A program made the translations under genes and the position numbers. From Eubacteriales bacterium (GTDB taxonomy: Bacteria > Bacillota > Clostridia > Oscillospirales > CAG-272), in assembly GCA_045631765.1 (NCBI GenBank), contig JAZQVK010000027.1, forward strand, positions 1-32,371: DNA of 32,371 bases, written 5' to 3'. Positions 7,479 to 14,987 of this stretch are shown here, one piece after another (the stretch's first letter is position 1; every line of letters starts with the position of its first letter). The notes beneath the pieces were generated by a model that searched no databases, was not told the origin of the DNA, and was given only the letters and a program-made list of their open reading frames with translations.

Positions 7479-7842
7479 GCCCTTCTCACGATTTCGTTAG
7501 AAAATCTCTTTTAGTTGTCTTTAATTAAGTCAGTGCTTGTCAAGAAAAGAGGACAGGGAACTTAAAGCGCTCTCTGTCCTTTTTCTGTCGCCAGGTACTG
7601 TATTCTGTTGAACTTAAAAACTGACCTTTAGCGTACAGCCCATCGGGAAAGCGATATCGGCACAGGCAATCACCTCTAACCACCTATACACGGACATATG
7701 CGCGCCCTCGCAAATGCTACCCGTACCAACTTCCCATATGGCACCTCTGTTTGTTATGAAAATTGGAACTTTACTCGTATGATAGCAGGCTTTTTACCGC
7801 CTGTCAAGTCTTATAGCGGCAAACGCGCTTGCCCAACGTTCA

Positions 7843-8541
7843 TCAAAGGTAGCGAACGCCTGCTTCATCCTTGATAAAGGGTCTTGCCCTGCGGGAAAGG
7901 ACGGCCTCCATAAAGGCCTGCACGTCCGCCAGCGGCTCCTCGGTCGCCATGCCGCCAAGGCTGGTTTTGGCCCCGCCAACGTGATTATCGGTACCCGCAA
8001 AGGGGATCAGCTGATAATTTTGGCAGTATTGCTCTGCCATTGCATTTTCGAACGCGGTACGGCAGGCATTATATACCTCAACCCCGTGAACCTGCCGCGG
8101 GTACAGGCGAATATGGTCGATATAGCTTGCCTCACGAAACGGGTGGGCCTGCACGATCAGCGCTCCCTCCTCCAGCAGCAGGGAAAGCAGCTCGCTTTTT
8201 TTCATTTTATCCATATCCGGATGGGAAAGGCACCATTCCCTGTCAATGCCGTACACCAAAAAATCGGTGCCGCCATGCGACATTTCAATGCCAAGAAAGA
8301 CCGAAAGGCCAAGCTCGTCACCAATGCGCTTGCCCTCCTCATAGGCGGAAAAATAGGCGCGGATCCGCTCGTCATACGGCAGATCACGCAGGTCATACGC
8401 TATGTTGCCGTCCAAAAAATGCTCGGTCATGCAGACTCCGGCAAAGCCTGCCGATTTATAAAATTCCAGCGCCTCGCGCACGCTCACCCGCGCACACGCG
8501 CTGGTGGGGGAGGTATGCATATGGGTCTCGTAAAGATACAT
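7843..8541 (-). CDS. PHP-domain metal-dependent phosphoesterase
   Basis: 232-aa ORF beginning 'YETHMHTSPTSACA' (PHP motif I, HxH), with later TEHF, AHPFR and GTDNH motifs. SD AAGGAG lies 8 nt upstream. Confidence 0.8.
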   Translation of the reverse strand: MYLYETHMHTSPTSACARVSVREALEFYKSAGFAGVCMTEHFLDGNIAYDLRDLPYDERIRAYFSAYEEGKRIGDELGLSVFLGIEMSHGGTDFLVYGIDREWCLSHPDMDKMKKSELLSLLLEEGALIVQAHPFREASYIDHIRLYPRQVHGVEVYNACRTAFENAMAEQYCQNYQLIPFAGTDNHVGGAKTSLGGMATEEPLADVQAFMEAVLSRRARPFIKDEAGVRYL

Positions 8542-8571
8542 GCTTCTTGCTCCTTTTTAGAATAACGAGGC

Positions 8572-8745
8572 TTACACGATCACCGTGTAGCACAGCATTT
8601 CATAGTGCAGTCTGGTACCCACGTCGATACCGGGCGGCAGGAGTGCCATCGCCAGAAACAGATCATCCTCTGCCCCACTTCCGTCTGCACGGAGATAGGC
8701 ATACTCGCCCTCAATTTTAACTACGGTATAATTCTTCGGTTCCAT
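8572..8745 (-). CDS. DUF3006-like small protein (57 aa, not in the supplied ORF track)
   Basis: My translation is MEPKNYTVVKIEGEYAYLRADGSGAEDDLFLAMALLPPGIDVGTRLHYEMLCYTVIV*. The pattern 'V.IEG.YA.L...DG.......LP.....G..L' is typical of DUF3006. It lies 30 nt upstream of the PHP gene and directly behind a consensus promoter. Confidence 0.55.
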   Translation of the reverse strand: MEPKNYTVVKIEGEYAYLRADGSGAEDDLFLAMALLPPGIDVGTRLHYEMLCYTVIV

Positions 8746-8775
8746 ACGGTTTTCCTTTTATCAAGCGTTTCTTTC

Positions 8776-8804
8776 ATTATAGCACCCCGGGCAACAGGTG
8801 TCAA
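8776..8804 (-). promoter_or_regulatory. Consensus sigma-A promoter for the DUF3006-PHP pair
   Basis: On the minus strand: TTGACA (8799-8804), a 17-nt spacer, then TGC-TATAAT (-10 at 8776-8781). Both hexamers are perfect and there is an extended TGn. Confidence 0.65.
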
Positions 8805-8825
8805 GTTTTATGGGAACTTTCGTAT

Positions 8826-8913
8826 GCGCGGAGCGCAACCTCGTTCATTTGTGCCGCGAGCGGCAATGATGTTGACCTTTGGTCAAATGATGTTGTGCCT
8901 TGCGGCACAAATG
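8826..8913. repeat. Word-hairpin array L3
   Basis: Mini hairpins are GCGC-GGA-GCGC 8826-8836, GCCG-CGAG-CGGC 8853-8864, TTGACC-TTT-GGTCAA 8872-8886 and TGTGCC-TTGC-GGCACA 8894-8909. The 10-nt direct repeat AATGATGTTG occurs at 8865 and 8886. The long-range pair CATTTGTGCC (8846-8855) / GGCACAAATG (8904-8913) encloses the array. Further small hairpins continue to about 9024. Confidence 0.5.
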
Positions 8914-8945
8914 AAAAATCCTCGTTCCGAAGAACGAGGATTTTT
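8914..8945. terminator. Bidirectional intrinsic terminator
   Basis: AAAAATCCTCGTTC-CGAA-GAACGAGGATTTTT. The stem is GC-containing, the loop is a tetraloop, and an A5 run precedes while a T5 run follows. It therefore reads as a terminator on both strands and separates the 9195..10664 unit from the DUF3006 promoter. Confidence 0.75.
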
Positions 8946-9005
8946 GGAGGCATAGTACAAAATGCAACTTCCTCCGCTTTGCACCAAAGCAACGCCGCAG
9001 CCCGA

Positions 9006-9119
9006 TCAAAGCATTTTGATGCGGGGCTTATCTTTTTCAAGATGCGCTATATAAAAATCTATCACGTTCGATACCGGGGCGATCGGCTCTTGTATTTCGT
9101 CTTGTTTCATTTTTGTCAT
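9006..9119 (-). CDS. Possible 37-aa small ORF (very uncertain)
   Basis: My translation is MTKMKQDEIQEPIAPVSNVIDFYIAHLEKDKPRIKML*, preceded by AAGGAGAA 9 nt upstream. I recognise no family, and its 3' end runs into the hairpin-rich region, so it may be non-coding. Confidence 0.2.
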   Translation of the reverse strand: MTKMKQDEIQEPIAPVSNVIDFYIAHLEKDKPRIKML

Positions 9120-9194
9120 TTGCCGTGTTTCTCCTTTTCCCAAAGCAATCGCCGCTTGGCGCTCCTTTGGCAAAATGCTGACTATTTTAAACGA

Positions 9195-10664
9195 TCAAGC
9201 CCGCTTGATCTTTAATCTGCCGCTGATCTGATGGTCTACCTTCTGATGGCAGGATAAATATTCATCCAGTACCTCGCGGCATGAGGTCGCCACCCTTCTG
9301 GGCATTCCGTTTTGTGCGATCTCCTCCTGAGAGATCGAGAAGAAATCCTTCATATTTAAGTAGAAGAAATATTGAAGTCCGATCTTATAGACCCTCTCTT
9401 CATCTATCGGCTCGCCATTCAAGGAAAACTCCTCAAAGCGATGGCGCGGTTTGTCATATACCACCCGCACCCCTTTTGAAAACTGAAAAAACTCGCAGTG
9501 AGTACCCTCCCACACCTCATCACGTAGCATAAACAAGATCATTTTCTTAAGCTGAGCACCTGTTGCCCATAACGCAATGGCCGAATCGTCGTAAGGAAGG
9601 CATTCGGTAAGATCGGAAAGCAATATGATGGGACCAATCTCACTCACCCGTATACTGCCTGACCCCACAAGCATGATATCCAGCCGTAAGCTTTCTTGCA
9701 AAGCATCTGCAAGAAAGCCACCCAGCTCGGTTTCCTGATACCATGATGGGTGCGTCAGCTTCCGTTTCAAGCGTGTGATCACGCGGCTGTATTTTTCCTC
9801 CGCGGCTGACTTATACCGATGTAATATCTTTTCAAGGGCGACGTCTCTCGGACAATGCTCGCCGGTGATCGGAATGCTTTTCCAAGCAAAATCGCGGATA
9901 CTGTTGGTATCCGTATCTATTTCAAGATCAAATCTACCTATCTGGTCGGTACCTGTTCCCGCCTGCGCGATCAATATGCCGTTGACCTGCTCGGGCTGTT
10001 CAAGATACGTATGAGAATGGCCGCCAATAATGATATCCACCCCAAGAGAGGGGTCCAGCTGTGCAGCCAGCTGCTTATCCTCCTCAAAGCCGATATGCGT
10101 CAGAAGGATCGTGCAATCTACGTCCGTAGAATGATAAGCATTGCAAATACGCGCGATCTCTGTTGCCGCATCGTGAACGTCTACAAAGCCTCCGACCAAT
10201 GCCTCTTTTTTAGCCTGCGGAAGCACCGCCTCGGTGAGAATACCGATAAACAATATCTTCATCCCATCTATTTCTATAACGTGATGTGGCTTAAACAATC
10301 TGGCGTTGTTGGTGGTAATATGCAGATTAGCGTTGATGATCGGAAATTTTGCACATTTTTCAAGAAATAACAGATGTGCAATGCCGTAATCTATCTCGTG
10401 GTTCCCGATCGTAACCACGTCTGGCGCCAGCATATTCATAATTTCGATCGTGGAAACGCCGCGAAACTCCGAATCAATGACCGATCCGCGAAACATATCG
10501 CCTGCAATGCAGTAAATGGCATTCCTTTCTTCGCCTCGAACCTTATTGACGTATCCTGACAGCATGGACACGCCACCGATCAGCTGCTCATCGACCTCCT
10601 CGGCAAGAAAATCGCCGTGAAGATCGTTGGAGTGCAGGATCGTGAGCTTTTTGATGCTCGCCAT
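9195..10664 (-). CDS. Bifunctional metallophosphatase/5'-nucleotidase family protein, copy A (cytoplasmic)
   Basis: 489-aa ORF with SD GGAGGTG and no signal peptide. Motifs are HSNDLHG, GDMFRG, GNHEIDYG, LTHIG and GGHSH, followed by a C-terminal 5'-nucleotidase-like substrate domain. It is a paralogue of 27087..28583. Confidence 0.85.
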   Translation of the reverse strand: MASIKKLTILHSNDLHGDFLAEEVDEQLIGGVSMLSGYVNKVRGEERNAIYCIAGDMFRGSVIDSEFRGVSTIEIMNMLAPDVVTIGNHEIDYGIAHLLFLEKCAKFPIINANLHITTNNARLFKPHHVIEIDGMKILFIGILTEAVLPQAKKEALVGGFVDVHDAATEIARICNAYHSTDVDCTILLTHIGFEEDKQLAAQLDPSLGVDIIIGGHSHTYLEQPEQVNGILIAQAGTGTDQIGRFDLEIDTDTNSIRDFAWKSIPITGEHCPRDVALEKILHRYKSAAEEKYSRVITRLKRKLTHPSWYQETELGGFLADALQESLRLDIMLVGSGSIRVSEIGPIILLSDLTECLPYDDSAIALWATGAQLKKMILFMLRDEVWEGTHCEFFQFSKGVRVVYDKPRHRFEEFSLNGEPIDEERVYKIGLQYFFYLNMKDFFSISQEEIAQNGMPRRVATSCREVLDEYLSCHQKVDHQISGRLKIKRA

Positions 10665-10733
10665 TTCATCACCTCCACGTTTTCGTTTGCCGCTGTACTG
10701 TCCAACCGGCGAACACGATCAGCACATCGCTTT

Positions 10734-11309
10734 TCACAGTGCGGCGGTTATCTCCTGCTTTGCTTTTCCCATGATCGTTTCCGTATCGGCATCGACTATA
10801 TCCAATCCCTCTGCGGCATAGCGATAGATGCCGGGGATGTGGAAGAAGGCTTGCGCCAATGCTTTTATATAGGAAAAGCCGAAATCATTCTGCCCAATAA
10901 AGCCGCCGGCGGTTGTCACGTAGTACAACGCCTTTGCCTTGCACAGGCTCTTAGGGCTGCCCTGCTCGGAATAATAAAAGGTGATGCCTGAAACAGCAAC
11001 GTTTTCCAAATACGTCTTCAACACAGCGGGGAACATCATATCCCAGTACGGTGCGGCGATCACGATGATATCCGCAGCAGCAAACTGCTTCGCCACGGCA
11101 AAGCTCGTATCTGAGAAATCCTTATTCTGCGCTGCCTGGTTTCGTTTCTCTATTCCCCTAAGGTCTAACGCGGACAAGGATGCTTCATATAAGCGCACCT
11201 CCTGCACCTCGCCCTCAAGCCTTTGCAAAAGGGCTTCAGCCAGCTCCAACGTCCGCGAACAAGGTCTAACACAAGCGTTCAAAAACAATATTTTATCCAT
11301 ACTCATCAT
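10734..11309 (-). CDS. Flavodoxin-like fold NAD(P)H-dependent oxidoreductase
   Basis: 191-aa ORF with a layout typical of the FMN-dependent NAD(P)H oxidoreductase family. It begins 'KILFLNACVRP..SRT..LAEA', with 'IVIAAPYWDMMFPAVLKTYLE' later. The exact start (M1, M2 or M4) is unclear because no SD is evident. Confidence 0.7.
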   Translation of the reverse strand: MMSMDKILFLNACVRPCSRTLELAEALLQRLEGEVQEVRLYEASLSALDLRGIEKRNQAAQNKDFSDTSFAVAKQFAAADIIVIAAPYWDMMFPAVLKTYLENVAVSGITFYYSEQGSPKSLCKAKALYYVTTAGGFIGQNDFGFSYIKALAQAFFHIPGIYRYAAEGLDIVDADTETIMGKAKQEITAAL

Positions 11310-11350
11310 TTCGGGGCAAATTTCATGCCCGCTAACCTAAAAAGCAACGC

Positions 11351-11382
11351 ATAACACCTTGCGCGATCGCGCAAGGTGTTAT
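11351..11382 (-). terminator. Perfect 32-nt palindrome, terminator candidate at the end of the long operon
   Basis: ATAACACCTTGCGCGATCGCGCAAGGTGTTAT lies 12 nt after the stop at 11394. On the minus strand it is followed by GCGTTGCTTTTT. Confidence 0.6.
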
Positions 11383-11393
11383 GCCATTGTTGA

Positions 11394-12296
11394 TTACATA
11401 AACAAATTGTGAATAAAAGATTCTATGATCACGGGAACAAAAAACAATATAGGGCCAGCAAGCTGTACAAAAAATCCGATTCTTGTGAACCCCTTACGGC
11501 GCAGGGCGATAGAAGCGGCGATCGTGAAAGCTGTCATTGCAGGAATACATAAATAAACCTGGTACATAAATTCGCCACCGCCCATAACAAGCTGCATGAG
11601 CCATACCGAGAAAGCGAAAAAAGGAATCCCCACGAGGCCAATCAAAAAGTTGAACACGGTGGAAAGCCTGTCAAGCGATCTATATTCGACGCTTTTATCC
11701 TTTTTTACAAAAACGATGCAGGCAAGAACCGTCAAAGCGCCAATCAACATCATAACAAGCATGCTGCCTACGTGCAAAAGGGAAAACCCTGCAAACTTCA
11801 ATGAATTTTCGATAGGTGTGGGATACTCCCAGCTGATGATCTCCGCATCAAACACATCGGCCACTTCAATGCCTATGCCCTCTGAATCAACAGCCTCAAG
11901 ATATGGATATTCATTCTCTATCTCGTACTCGTAGAAGCCAGCGTCACCCATCAAATAGTCTGCATCTAACGGGATTACCACATATAGCTCAGCGCCAGCC
12001 TTCTGTGCTACCATGAATGCGTGATCTTGTAGATCCACACCATTCTGCATATGCCTTCCGTCATACTCCCTGTCGGTAAAGATATCATAGGCACTGTGGC
12101 CGAGAAAGCTACATCTGAAAACGCCCTCAAAAGTCTTCTCTTCACCGTTAAGCTTATACGCAACCGCGTATTCAAAATCATGCTCCTTAATGACCGGCTC
12201 CTTGAGCATGCAGGTGAGAAAGCAGGATGCTGCTGCAACAATCATACCGATCACGATCAAAATGATCGGCAATTTCACGCTTTTGAGATTCATCAT
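11394..12296 (-). CDS. Membrane protein, unknown function
   Basis: 300-aa ORF with SD GAGG 6 nt upstream. It has an N-terminal TM helix, an acidic extracytoplasmic domain of ~140 aa, and 4-5 C-terminal TM helices. It lies 18 nt downstream of the STAS-kinase gene. Confidence 0.7.
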   Translation of the reverse strand: MMNLKSVKLPIILIVIGMIVAAASCFLTCMLKEPVIKEHDFEYAVAYKLNGEEKTFEGVFRCSFLGHSAYDIFTDREYDGRHMQNGVDLQDHAFMVAQKAGAELYVVIPLDADYLMGDAGFYEYEIENEYPYLEAVDSEGIGIEVADVFDAEIISWEYPTPIENSLKFAGFSLLHVGSMLVMMLIGALTVLACIVFVKKDKSVEYRSLDRLSTVFNFLIGLVGIPFFAFSVWLMQLVMGGGEFMYQVYLCIPAMTAFTIAASIALRRKGFTRIGFFVQLAGPILFFVPVIIESFIHNLFM

Positions 12297-12314
12297 TTCC
12301 GACCTCTTTGTGGA

Positions 12315-13487
12315 TTAAAAGCACAAGCTATCTGTTTTTTCAAGAAGGATCGCCAGCATTTCCTTGCATCGTGCGATCTTTACAGGGCTTTCCGCCTCGT
12401 TGGGGCGGCGAATAGCGCGGCGAAGCATACGGGTATAACCAACGATCATTGCCTTTTCGGCAACGCTTTGGCATGCGGCTTCATCATCCGTACCAAGATA
12501 CAGCTGAAGAGCCATCTTCCAGAATCTTCCTGCGGTTTCAAAGCTATAGCCGAAGAAGTGCATCATATTCTGGTGGTCATGCTCGGAATATCCGACAAAC
12601 GCATTGAACATGGACCCCAGCTCAAACACGGGGTGCCCCATGCACAGCGTATCCATATCAATAAGCAAGGGCTCCCCATTCTGCACCATAATATTATTGG
12701 TATGATAATCACCGTGCATCAAGGTGTTCTGCTTCGGCACCGCCTCTATGAGAGCGCGCAGCTTCTTTCCCTGCTCCTCGGGAATGTGAGGGGCTACGAA
12801 ATCTGCCCAGTCAAGAGCGATCTCCTTCATATCGGGAACCTCGCCATCCTCTACGTGGATGGCGTGAATGCTCTTAAGCATATCAATATAATATTTTGCA
12901 GCCGCTGTCAAATCGTTAGGATCGTTGCGGATCAGCTTCGTTACGCTGACGGCATTCAAAAGCTCTGTTACGGTACCGTAGCCCTCTCCCACACGAACGA
13001 TGCCGTAAGGAATTGCGGTATTGATGCCGAGAACGAAGGCTTTTCTCGCATTCTCTCGCTCTTGCTTGATCTCAGGAAGGGCATCCTTTGCAAAATAGGT
13101 TTTCAATATGGTTTCATCATCGTAACGGTAAACGGCACCGTTTGCACCCTTTGCAATGAACTCACACCCCTCCACGCTCATTCTCTGATAAGCCTTTTCA
13201 ACCGTAACCATATCGGTAAAGCCGGTCATATCAAAAACCTCGTACACATCGGAGGCCGCGTTGATGATTGCAAGCTTGGGCTCTTCCTTTCTAAGTCTTA
13301 AGATCACGCGCAAGCCCGCGGAAGATATGTACTCGAGCTGATCGGCATCCACAACGGTATGCTTTCCCGGGTTATCATTTTTAATACTGAAAATTTTCTC
13401 CTCTGCCTCTGCCGCATTGGAAGCATCAATTCTTCCCTCTATGGCGATATACAGAATATCCTTGTCTATACGATAGGTAACGTTCAT
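12315..13487 (-). CDS. STAS domain fused to an aminoglycoside/choline-kinase-type (APH, protein-kinase-like) phosphotransferase domain
   Basis: The N-terminal ~100 aa are STAS (GRIDASNA..., LEYISSAGLRVIL, VYEVFDMTGFTD). The kinase-like part has GANGAVYRY (P-loop-like), ILKTY (Lys), HGDYHTNNIM (Brenner HxDxxxxN) and LIDMD (metal-binding Asp). I prefer the ATG at 13487 (SD AAGGA) over the TTG at 13493. That start is 2 nt after the stop of the upstream HD gene. Confidence 0.8.
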   Translation of the reverse strand: MNVTYRIDKDILYIAIEGRIDASNAAEAEEKIFSIKNDNPGKHTVVDADQLEYISSAGLRVILRLRKEEPKLAIINAASDVYEVFDMTGFTDMVTVEKAYQRMSVEGCEFIAKGANGAVYRYDDETILKTYFAKDALPEIKQERENARKAFVLGINTAIPYGIVRVGEGYGTVTELLNAVSVTKLIRNDPNDLTAAAKYYIDMLKSIHAIHVEDGEVPDMKEIALDWADFVAPHIPEEQGKKLRALIEAVPKQNTLMHGDYHTNNIMVQNGEPLLIDMDTLCMGHPVFELGSMFNAFVGYSEHDHQNMMHFFGYSFETAGRFWKMALQLYLGTDDEAACQSVAEKAMIVGYTRMLRRAIRRPNEAESPVKIARCKEMLAILLEKTDSLCF

Positions 13488-13489
13488 TT

Positions 13490-14173
13490 TCAATTTTCCT
13501 TTCCGAATACAAGCTCTGTAAGCGTGTTGTATTCAAGCCAGGCCGAGGTGCCCGACAGCCGCTCGGTCAATTTAACGATCGAGCGGTAGTACCAGGCTTG
13601 CTCGGTAACATCCTTTTGGTTAAATCTTTGCCACAGCTGTACGCCCTCTACCTTGAAATCACGATAGATGGCGCGCATATTAGCCAGCTTATCGCCCAGC
13701 CATACCATCAAGACGGCCATATCGTCTGTGTTTTTTAACACATTGAGGGATTCTTCCTTGCGGATACGCCACGTAGCAGACGGCGGAAGCTCTGCACGTT
13801 TATCCTCGGTTTCGGACTCAACCAGCTCCCGTACACGCTTTCCAAATCTCTCTTCAATTTCTTCGATGGTAATACCCGCATCCTCTACAACGTCATGAAG
13901 GGCGGCCGCAGCGATCAGGCTCTGATCCGCAGACATCGTTCCAACGATGACTGCCGCTTCCATGGGATGAAGAATATACGGAGACTCACTTTTTTTGCGC
14001 CTCATACCATCGTGAGCCTTAACGGCAAACGCTATTGCTTCACTAACAAGCTCCATAGAATATAACCGCAAGCGGTTCGACGTTGCGCCTCCCGATATAC
14101 GGTCTTCCTCCGTTCCTTTCAATAAAAATCTGTGATCAATCAAGCAGCAGGCCGTTTTTGCATGCTCATGCAA
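13490..14173 (-). CDS. HD-domain protein of the RelA/SpoT (p)ppGpp-hydrolase type (small alarmone hydrolase-like)
   Basis: 'AIAFAVKAHDGMRRKKSESPYILHPMEAAVIV' and 'AAALHDVVEDAGITIEEIEERFGKRVRELVESETEDK' match the RelA/SpoT HD hydrolase pattern. No synthetase domain is present. The start is uncertain: ATG at 14173, or ATG at 14056 giving MELVSEAIAF... Confidence 0.75.
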   Translation of the reverse strand: MHEHAKTACCLIDHRFLLKGTEEDRISGGATSNRLRLYSMELVSEAIAFAVKAHDGMRRKKSESPYILHPMEAAVIVGTMSADQSLIAAAALHDVVEDAGITIEEIEERFGKRVRELVESETEDKRAELPPSATWRIRKEESLNVLKNTDDMAVLMVWLGDKLANMRAIYRDFKVEGVQLWQRFNQKDVTEQAWYYRSIVKLTERLSGTSAWLEYNTLTELVFGKEN

Positions 14174-14186
14174 AAACAGGGTTCCC

Positions 14187-14657
14187 TTATTTTGCTTCGT
14201 TGAGTACGTCGCGACGAACGGCCTGAGCAGCCTTTACAAAAAAGACGTAAACAACTGCGCCCAAAGTGGCATTTGCAAAATTGAGGATAGCATCAATGAT
14301 AGGTGCACTGCCGTCAAACAGCGTGATGGCGGCAGATATAGCGGAAATAACACTCATAACAAAGAACACCTTTGCAGCGGTGATGTAGCCTTTGTCGGTA
14401 TTGGGGTTTTTGCTGACCTTCAAAGCCTTGATGCCAATAAGCACATCTGCAAATACGATAAGCCCCAGAAGCCCGCCGATAACGCCCAGCATCACCTTTA
14501 CCGCAACCAGGATCTGCGGCTCTACGCTGGCAAGCGTTTCGGCTACAGTGCCATCAACAAGACTGGCAACAACGGTAGAAATGAACATAAACAAGTTAAG
14601 AACGCCGAGAACAATTAAAACCAAGCCGTAATCGTGAAGAACCTTTCTGTTTTGCAT
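14187..14657 (-). CDS. Small 4-TM membrane protein (paralogue of 25553..25996)
   Basis: I chose the start at 14657 (MQNRKV...) because AAAGGAGA lies 8 nt upstream. The conserved loop 'GIKALKVSKNPNTDKGYI' resembles 'GVRGLRIAKNPTPSKGHI' in the paralogue. Confidence 0.7.
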   Translation of the reverse strand: MQNRKVLHDYGLVLIVLGVLNLFMFISTVVASLVDGTVAETLASVEPQILVAVKVMLGVIGGLLGLIVFADVLIGIKALKVSKNPNTDKGYITAAKVFFVMSVISAISAAITLFDGSAPIIDAILNFANATLGAVVYVFFVKAAQAVRRDVLNEAK

Positions 14658-14685
14658 GATTTTTTCTCCTTTTAATAAAAAATTT

Positions 14686-14976
14686 TTATTCAATGGTCAA
14701 AATATCGGCAAAGCCGGTCATTTCAAAGACTTCCATAACAAGCTCACAAACGTGAATAAGCTTCATCGCACCCTCTGTTTTCTTTTGAGCGGCAAGCAAA
14801 ACACGAAGTCCTGCGGATGAGATATAGGTCAGCTTTTCGCAATCAATAACGATCGAGCCGGTTCCGTCATATTGCTCATCAAGAAATTTCTCAAGCTCGG
14901 GGGCGGTGGTGGTATCCAAACGGCCGTCTAAGGCTACGGTCAAGATGCCGTTATTTTTTGTAAAATCAATTTTCAT
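14686..14976 (-). CDS. STAS-domain anti-sigma-factor-antagonist-like protein (SpoIIAA/RsbV family), copy 2
   Basis: 96 aa: GRLDTTTAPELEKFL, LTYISSAGLRVLLAAQKK (phosphorylatable Ser context), VMEVFEMTGFADIL. SD AAGGAG lies 7 nt upstream. Confidence 0.9.
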   Translation of the reverse strand: MKIDFTKNNGILTVALDGRLDTTTAPELEKFLDEQYDGTGSIVIDCEKLTYISSAGLRVLLAAQKKTEGAMKLIHVCELVMEVFEMTGFADILTIE

Positions 14977-14987
14977 TTCTTATCTCC

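Noticed and set aside
7560-7842. Roughly 280 nt of normal-GC sequence with no annotated feature between the R-M islet and the PHP gene. It includes a 7-bp hairpin followed by T5 at about 7550-7595
   Set aside because: There is no ORF with an SD, no recognisable RNA motif and no repeat. The hairpin has a 17-nt loop and no upstream plus-strand gene to terminate. I left it unannotated.
11351-11382. GGTGTTAT/ATAACACC inside the palindrome resembles a half-site of the TTTGTAACACC operator
   Set aside because: There is a single imperfect copy on each arm of a terminator stem, with no tandem 11-bp repeat and no adjacent -10 box. The resemblance is most likely coincidental.
12051-13301. 416-aa plus-strand ORF opposite the STAS-kinase gene
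   Set aside because: Shadow ORF. The minus-strand product has complete STAS and kinase motifs and is translationally coupled to its neighbours. The plus-strand product has none.
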